Below, one piece after another: positions 55,901-64,000 of a stretch of 64,000 nt of DNA. Origin of the DNA: Vermamoeba vermiformis. Taxonomy: Eukaryota. How positions within the stretch are numbered: position 1 is the first letter of the stretch; each line of letters opens with the position of its first letter. The notes beneath the pieces are model-generated. The model was not told where the DNA came from, made no database searches, and was given only the letters and a program-made list of their open reading frames with translations. Location of the stretch: NCBI GenBank assembly GCA_045837725.1, contig JBEWZL010000011.1, forward strand, positions 496,001-560,000, in the 5' to 3' direction. The position numbers and the translations under genes are program-made.

Positions 55901-57465
55901 TCCCTAATCTTCTCTTTGACCCGCTCCAACATCTTCGTAGCCTTGGTAATGAACGACAGAGCCTTCTCGTCATCAAACGGCATTTCAGTGAACTCCTCCA
56001 TTTTGTAAATCTTGGCAAAGGCCACGATGTGCTTATCACGTGCCTCTTTTTGCGACTTCAATTGCTCCATTGATTTGCGCAGCTCGCCAAACTCAACAGC
56101 CAACTTTGTGCGTTGATTCTCTAGCTCTTCCTTCTCTTCGTTCAGAACATTGACCTCATCTTGAATTCTCTTCTTGTTCTTGTTCATGATCTCTAACTGT
56201 TTGGCAAATTCAGAGTGCATGGTCGACAGTTGTTCGTCGTCAACTTGGTAAACCTCAGCCAAGGACTTCTTCAATTCTTCGAGCTGCTTCTCTTTCTCGT
56301 CCCTTTTGGTCGTTTCTTGTTTGATCTCTTCCAACAGCTCTTTGAATTTGTCGTACACGCCTTGTAACTCGTTCTTCTTTGCTTCTTTTTCTTGGACACG
56401 AGCCTTCAATTTTGCAATCTCCTTATCCACAACACCGACTTTAGACTCGGTGTCTGCAATTTCTTTTTTAATCTGTCGCCAATTATGTTAGTACTGACTA
56501 AGAATTGTTCAATTATGTGGTTACGAACCTTGTTTACGTTGTCTCTAATGGTCTGCAAGTGCTCGAGCTTCAATTTCAACTCTTTAATCTCTGCTGTGTA
56601 TTCTTTTCGCTGCTTTTTAATCAATTCTAGCGCTTTAGTGTATCGCGTTGATGCAAAAATGTCGTCGAATCGTTTTTTGAGCGTGGCGGCATCGCCTAAA
56701 GGCCAGTTTGACTCTTCTTGGTGACAAAAGATGACGTTTTCTAAGATTGCTTTTGATACGCCCATAAGCTCGGGGACTTCTTTATCCAAATCTGCGCAAC
56801 GGTAGCTCTGGCTAATTTTCTGGTCAAGAAGAAAACTCGCGTCAGATCCTGTACAAAGTTCGAGTAATAACATTACTTACGTTTCCTTTCGCATCTATTG
56901 TTTGTAAAGAACTGTCGATCGACTTGCACTCTTGTTTGTTGGCCTTTTGAGTGAGCTGTAAGCATCGCGTAGCGACGATCGGCTTTCCTGTAACGGATTG
57001 AAACCGCAGTTTTATTTGTGCTTTGATCTCTCGCTCTCCGGCAAGCTATTGACATTATTAAAACATTGTTAGGACTAAATACACATCCGTACCTTTGGAT
57101 CATGCAGAAAGGCCTGACCTTTTTTCGAATCCGGTGGCATGTCGCCCGTGCAGGCATATTTTAAGCACTCTATAATTGTCTAAAAATATTTTGGTATTAA
57201 TATCTATTGAGAGATGTCCAAATAATATTTTACTAATTTTTTGACAACGATCAGGCAATTTCCTCAAAATTATTTTTGTATTTCCAAAATTTGTATCGAA
57301 TAGCGTACCATATTCGAGGATAATAATTATAAAATAACTTACAGTTTTTCCTGCACCATTATGCCCGACGATCAGCGTCAATGGCTTGAAGAACTCAATG
57401 ATAGCACGATTCTGTGGACTAAAGCTACGAACGCCTTGAATTAGTAACTTCTCGATGCTTGTCAT
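52942..57465 (-). CDS. RAD50: DNA repair protein RAD50, multi-exon
   Basis: [28 protein letters not shown], zinc hook [38 protein letters not shown] and IIITHDEEF. Confidence 0.97.
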
Positions 57466-57811
57466 TGTTCTTCTGTGCACTAAAAATTGAAAATGCGTTG
57501 TTTTTGAACAGAGAAAAAAGGCGGCATCTGGTTCTCGGAAATTTGGTTGGTCACGCCAGCTTGCGGACCCAGCCGAACAAAGAAATGTTGCGAGTACATT
57601 ATCATTTAAGAAGCACGACTTAGTAACCTAATCTTAGCTCCGGTGAATCACAACCACTTGTACGCGGAGGTGGTAGCGGGTAAGATCCCACTGGAACTTT
57701 CTTTGGCTTAACACCACAGTGAACTCAGACTGTTTAAGATTTAAAGGTGTCCTTTCGTTAAAGAGTGCAATTTAGTTGATCAGACAACAAGTAGTGTTCA
57801 GCACAATCCCA

Positions 57812-59105
57812 ATGAGCCGATCAATCAACAAAGACCTCTCGGAGGCTAAGAAGCTAATTGATTCTGGCGTCGTTAACTTTGGAAAGCAGAGCTGGTACTA
57901 CGCCAAGTGCAGGTAAGATCCAAACGGGCTTCACCTCGGTTGCGCTATATAGCGCAATAAAATCGACAAATAATATCTATAATTCAACTACCCTTCGATG
58001 ATCAGATAATACCGCAAGTTAGCAGCTTATTGCCAAATTTATTGGCAGATCAAATGGTTCTGCTCACCACGCCCCTTTAACTTTCAATAATCCATACTAA
58101 AATTAACTCTAATTTTTTTTAACGCAGACCTGGCTATCCAGACTCCTTTTATGACCGTTTGAACCAATTTCGAAAGGTAAGTGGATCTAAATTTCAAATT
58201 CTTGGTTAACGCACGCAGCTTGAAGGAACAACTTGCCTCGATGTCGGTTGTGGACCAGGCACTGTTGCATTGGAACTCTTGCGTTACGGTGCCAAAGAGG
58301 TCGTTGGAGTCGACATTTCGCCGGAACAGATCGACATGGCTAAATCTGAGCTTAATGAACGATTCCCTCCCGAGCAAGCTCAAAAATGTACTTTCCACGT
58401 TGGATCTGTAGAAGCAATGCCCGTTCCCGATAACCACTTCGATATAGTGATTGCAAGTCAATGCTGGCACTGGTTCGATCCACCAAAAGGTACTAGACGT
58501 TGTTCTTGATAGCAGCCCTAATATTGGATGATAGCTTATGCTGAAGCTAAGCGCGTTTTGAAGCCTGGTGGTCTATTGATTGTGTGCATGTACTGCTACA
58601 TGTGCAACAAGAGTCAGATCGCGAAAGACTGCGAAGATATTATTTACAAACATAACGAAAAATACAGACCATTTGCTTACTTCAATGGAATTAACACTAG
58701 TAAGTCCTTACTCAAACGTCCATTGCAAGTACGGACGTGAAGTTAGATCCGCTCAGTTGTGCTGCACGCAGCAGCTAATCTGTTATTTTCTAGAAATGAT
58801 TGACCAAAGCATCGAACAAGGCATGGATTTCACTGAGTGCTTCTGTTACGACCACGAGCGAGAGTTCACGAGAGAAAAATGGATCGGACGTCTTAGGTAA
58901 CATCCCTAACTCATTAAGTAGAATAACACCATACCAATTATAATAATGATGGCATAGGACATGCAACGGTGTTGGATCCAACTCCCTAGGTGAAGATATG
59001 ACGGACAAAATTGTAACAGAAATAGAACAGTTGATGAAAGAGAAGTATCCTGAGACTTTCACTGTTTCTCATAGAATTTGGACGGTTATCTCTACTAAGA
59101 AATAA
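57812..59105 (+). CDS. Class I SAM-dependent methyltransferase, multi-exon
   Basis: Y...[38 protein letters not shown] and [10 protein letters not shown]. Confidence 0.9.
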
Positions 59106-59185
59106 CGAATTTAAGTCCGCGTACTGGCAAAATAAACCGCGCCTGTTTTTTTTCATCATTTTGCTATTTATTTCAGATCTGCACC

Positions 59186-60117
59186 ATGGCTCAACGAGTT
59201 TTAGTACCTGTTAAGCGAGTTATTGACTACGCAGTCAAGATTAGAGTCAGGGGCGACAAGAAGGGCGTCGAGACTGCTAATGTTAAGATGAGCATGAACC
59301 CCTTCGACGAGATCGCCATTGAAGAAGCTATCAGAATGAAAGAGAAGGGTCTCGTTAAGGAAATTGTTGCAGTTTCAATGGGCCCTACCACTTGTCAAGA
59401 GACTTTGCGAACGGCTATGGCTATGGGTGCTGACCGCTCCATCCACATCGAGACTGACAAAGAGTTGCAGCCCTTAGCAGTCGCAAAATTATTAAAGAAA
59501 TTGGTCGACACAGAGAAGCCCGAATTAGTCATATTAGGCAAACAAGCTATTGATGACGACTCAAACCAGACAGGTCAATTATTGGCTGGTCTCTTGGACT
59601 GGCCTCAAGGCACATTTGCCTCCAAGGTAATTATTATTAATTTTTTACGCGTCCATAAAATATTGGTAATATTATACAATTTTGATGAGGCGTTTCAATT
59701 AATAATTTCAAAAATATCACAATTAGTTTTCTAACAGCTTGCAATATCCTATACCTCCATTATTCGTTCATATAGCTAATGTACTAATTTATTGTGCAGA
59801 TTGAACTCGACAACGGAGCTAAAAAGGTCGTAGTCACACGAGAAGTCGATGGTGGATTGGAAACTCTCAACCTTTCATTGCCCTCAGTTTTGACCTGCGA
59901 TTTACGGTTAAACCAACCGCGATTTGCTAAGTTGCAAGATATTATGAAGGCGCGAAAGAAGCCGATCGAGAAAAAGACACCTGAAGAGTTGGGCGTCGAT
60001 GTAGCGCCTAGACTCGAGACCGTTCAAGTCGAAGAGCCTCCTGTCCGTCAAGCTGGTATTAAGGTCACCACTGTACAAGATTTGGTCGATAAGCTCAAGA
60101 AGCAGGGCATGTTGTAA
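59186..60117 (+). CDS. ETFB: Electron transfer flavoprotein beta subunit, two exons
   Basis: [41 protein letters not shown] and [10 protein letters not shown]. Confidence 0.97.
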
Positions 60118-60501
60118 GCCGAGGAAGGAAGATTCGTATCTTGTTGCGAGATTGAAAAGATTTTCGAAAGCACCGGAGCTTCATCGAATTTTGCGTAGCG
60201 AACGCTGCTATTCAATAATAAAATGTACATATGCATATCCCCTTAAAGAAATGTAACGACCTTTGGACTCCTAGACCAAGATGGCCTCATCTGGCTGTTG
60301 CACGAAGTATTTTTTGGACCGGGTCTAATTTAGTGTAGTTATCAGATGTGGATCTACATAACATTGAAATGAGGCGTATCTTTCGTCATTTTCACGGTTA
60401 GGCCAAACCAGCCAATCATAAGCCGACAGAAAAAATCTTCTGGTCCTGGTAAAATTTGGCTTGAATATCTTTTACACAATCAACCCAATATCAAAACCAC
60501 G

Positions 60502-62632
60502 ATGGACTCAAGCAAAGTTGTTGTTTGCGATAACGGCACAGGGGTATGTGCATGTTATATTTTACAATTTCTGCTCATAAAGCACAGCGCATTTGGATTT
60601 TTTTTCGATGGCGAAAAAATTAACTAGCAAATTAAAGAACGATTGGTTATTGACATAAATAATGTATAGATCAGTATATAATAATTATTTTTGCAGTTCG
60701 TCAAGTGCGGTTTCGCTGGAGCCAACTTTCCAACAGCCATCTTCCCCAGTTTGGTCGGCAGACCTATCCTTCGTTCTGAAGAAACTGTCGAAGGTGTAGA
60801 AATTAAGGTTAGTATACTGCGCGCATTAATTGGAATTGAACAGGAACTCCATCTCGTGTTTAATAATTTTTTTGTATTTTTACCGATGCTAAAAAATCGC
60901 TTGCTTTATTCAGGATATTATGGTTGGTGATGAAGCTGCTAAGCTCAGAAGTATGCTTCAAATTACCTATCCTTTGGAGAACGGTATTGTCAAGTCCTGG
61001 GACGACATCTTGCACGTTTGGGATTACACATTCGATCAAAAGTTGAAGGTTAACCCCGAGGAATGCAGAATTTTGTTGACTGAACCTCCATTGAACCCTA
61101 AGAAGAACAGAGAGAAGATGTTGGAGGTCATGTTCGAGAAATACAGATTCAAAGGCGCCTATGTCGCTATCCAAGCTATGTTGACTTTGTACGCTCAAGG
61201 TAAGCATAGTCACGTTATTATACTAGCACATATTTTTAAGATACGGCGAATCTGTGCCCTACGCATTTTTTGAAGATTTTTGGCAAATTACATTCGCGAG
61301 ATTGAAACCAAGATTCTGGAACCGTCTCTAAATTGTTGTACTAGGTCTTCTTACTGGTGTCGTCGTCGATTCTGGTGACGGTGTTACCCACATTGTGCCT
61401 GTGTAAGTAGATTCGGAAAATATTTTTGGATCGTAACGGTCAGTTCTGACATCTGGTTCTTTAAGCTACGAGGGTTTTGCTTTGCCCCACTTGACCAAGC
61501 GTATCGACGTTGCTGGTCGTGATATTACTCACTATTTGATTCGTTTGCTCTTGTACAGAGGGTAAGGATACAGCACGCGGAACAACAGCTCACGCCGCAT
61601 CCGGAATTTCTGCGATTAATAACCCGATCTTTTCTTATAGTTATGCTTTCAACCGTACTGCTGACTTCGAGACCGTTCGTCAAATCAAGGAGAAGTTGTG
61701 CTACGTCGGGTAAGTCTCACTTCAAACTCAGATCAAGCTGGGAATAGTTATTTCCTATTATGGATTTAATAGCTAACCCACAAAAATACGATTAAGCGTT
61801 CTCAAGTAATACGATTACTAACCGATGAAATTTAGCTTCGATATTGATATGGAGAACCGTCTCTCTCAAGACACCACCGTTCTCGTCGAGAGCTACACTG
61901 TAAGTACTTTGTTATGAACTTGAACGGCGCTTATCATCTCATATTCAACCTGATTCGAAAGTGTGTTTTAATAGTCACTGTATTAACATTTTGCTTCGCA
62001 TCTAGTTGCCCGACGGTCGTGTGATCAAGGTTGGTCGTGAGCGATATGTTGCTCCTGAAGCTTTGTTCCACCCTGGTTTCATTGACGTCGACGCCCCGGG
62101 CATGGCTGACTCATTGTTCAACACCATTCAATCCGCTGACATTGATACTCGTCCTGAGTTCTACAAGCACATCGTCTTGTCTGGTGGATCTACTATGTAC
62201 CCTGGTCTCCCCACTCGTCTCGAAAAGGAGGTTCGTCAACTCTACTTCGACAAGGTCGCCAAGGGCAACAAGGCTCAACTCGACGTAAGTACCAGTCTAT
62301 TGTTATTTATTCGTCTTAATTGCTGCGATCTGCGCGCTCAGAAAATAGAAAATCTTTTTTTTCTTTTTTAAAATTTATAGAGTTAGGAGTTAATTATCCA
62401 GCCCTTAATGCCATGCTTACAGTATTCGAGCATTTACTTATAATTATTTCCTCTACAGAAATTCGTTTGCAAGATCGAAGATCCTCCTCGCCGTAAACAC
62501 ATGGTCTTCTTGGGAGGTGCTGTCTTGGCTCAAATTATGAAGGATCGTGATGAATTCTGGGTTAGCCGTCAAGATTGGTTGGAGAAGGGCCCCGCTTACT
62601 GCATGAAGAAATTGGAAGGAGGCATCTCTTAA
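60502..62632 (+). CDS. ACTR2: Actin-related protein 2, multi-exon
   Basis: [59 protein letters not shown] and [15 protein letters not shown]. Confidence 0.97.
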
Positions 62633-63181
62633 GTTCAGCCGTTAGAGCTCGAACACGCGAGTCTTTTTTTCGAAGAAACGACATCGCAAACCCCTCGAAT
62701 GCTTACTCGTTACTTGCTTATTAGAATGTGAGCCTTCACAACGATTATGTTATTTTTTAATTACCGGATCCTTACGAATTATTTTGTTATACTAGAGAAG
62801 GACATATTCAATGGGCAAGTGGCGGGTGGTGTTTTAGTATTATTAAAATAAAGCAAATGTATTAAATACCAAACACGGTTTTTAGGTTCTCTCGCCAAAA
62901 AATCAAGGTGTCGCAAAGAACCACAACAAGGCGGTTTTAACTTGGACAATTTAATATGAAGTACTGCAGTAAAACTAATTAATGGCGTCGTTGGTAAGCA
63001 ACAGCCACTTTTGGTATGCGGCGCTGATGAAAAGCTATCGAGATTTTATCTCCTAATTTCCTGTAATAATTACCGCGCATAAATTATGGCAATTTTGCTC
63101 GATTAGTTACGTATTGCATCGCACAAAACTTCAGAGATACGATTTATTTGAATTTTTGTTAATTTAAATTTCAGATCTGCA

Positions 63182-64000
63182 ATGGACTGGTCGCCAAAGA
63201 AGCGTAAGAGGGATGAAGTCGATGTAAACGAGCTATCGCCTCAAGCGAAAAGAGGGAGAACAGATTCGAGCTCAGAGGACTCGTATTATAGCCGAAGCAG
63301 CGGATCTCCAGTGTCAGGCGAGGAATTGTACTACTCTAAGCCTTTTTTTATTGACGACAAAACATGCGTTCAAATGCGCGATGAGGTTTATCGCGTTGGA
63401 GACTGTGTGTGGCTTAATAGAGACCAGAGTTACACCTCTATAGTTCAACGAGGTGTGTACGAGACATTTATCGCTGCCTAGCACAGTATAATGACATGTT
63501 ATAATAGACGCTCCTGATACATATAAATATAATTGGATGGCAAGAATTGTGGGCTTTGAGTCGGTAAGTACAAGCAGATCCGCGGATAAGGACTTGGTAC
63601 TCATTTCGGGTAATATTACCAGGACAAAAATGACCCCGATGTGCCTATGATGCGAGTATCGTGGTTTTGGCAAGTTAAAGAAACTATATTGGGCAATGGA
63701 CGAGGTTGGAGCAATCGGTACGTGCAGTGAGTTAATCGAGATGCTTTTGACTGATGTGCATTGCTTCAGTGAGGTGTTTATGTCTACCAATGAAGTAGTG
63801 CAAGATGCGGAGTGTATTAAGGGACGATGCACGGTCTTGTACAAGGAACATTTTGACGATGATTATGCTGACTCATTGCCGCCTGACACTTACCTCTATC
63901 GATACTGTTACGACCCAAGTATGTAGCCGATATAATACTCCCCAGAGGGTAGCGATTTGTTATGCAGAGCTATGCTTATAGTTTATTTCAGAGACGAATG
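63182..64000 (+). CDS. BAH-domain nuclear protein, truncated by the window end
   Basis: NLS-like PKKRKR; BAH pattern VYRVGDCVWL, WMARIVGF, MRVSWFW, EVFMST...IKGRCTVL and YRYCYDP. Confidence 0.75.

Noticed and set aside
53402-56724. Several plus-strand Leu/Phe/Ser-rich ORFs
   Set aside because: They are antisense shadows of the RAD50 coiled-coil exons.

Overview
This is gene-dense, intron-rich eukaryotic nuclear DNA with GT-AG introns (a few GC-AG), CTAA-type branch points and the standard genetic code. Gene content suggests an amoebozoan or another free-living protist; this is an inference from the conditioned-medium-factor homologue, receptor tyrosine-kinase-like protein, PH-domain PI3K, Arp2 and profilin. 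I reconstructed about 33 protein-coding loci by eye plus one tRNA-Arg(UCU). Recognisable genes are SIAE-like esterase, profilin, CMF-like protein, a triple HMG-box protein, a PITH protein, Cwc2, an ELO elongase, GCLM, class I-like PI3K, a ZIP transporter, RAD50, ETFB and ARP2. Four things stand out. (1) A Kelch-F-box-Ras-CAAX fusion gene whose Ras domain carries G12F and Q61P, followed by a tandem F-box-pseudoRas paralogue, inside a cluster of cullin-adaptor-like genes. (2) A further, highly degenerate Ras-superfamily pseudo-GTPase. (3) A perfect 12-bp palindrome, TGACACGTGTCA, present at least 10 times and only in non-coding DNA, with arrays of three in two paralogous introns of the HMG gene. 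(4) An intronless PUD1/2-like gene. All gene models are manual and boundaries may be off by a few bases.
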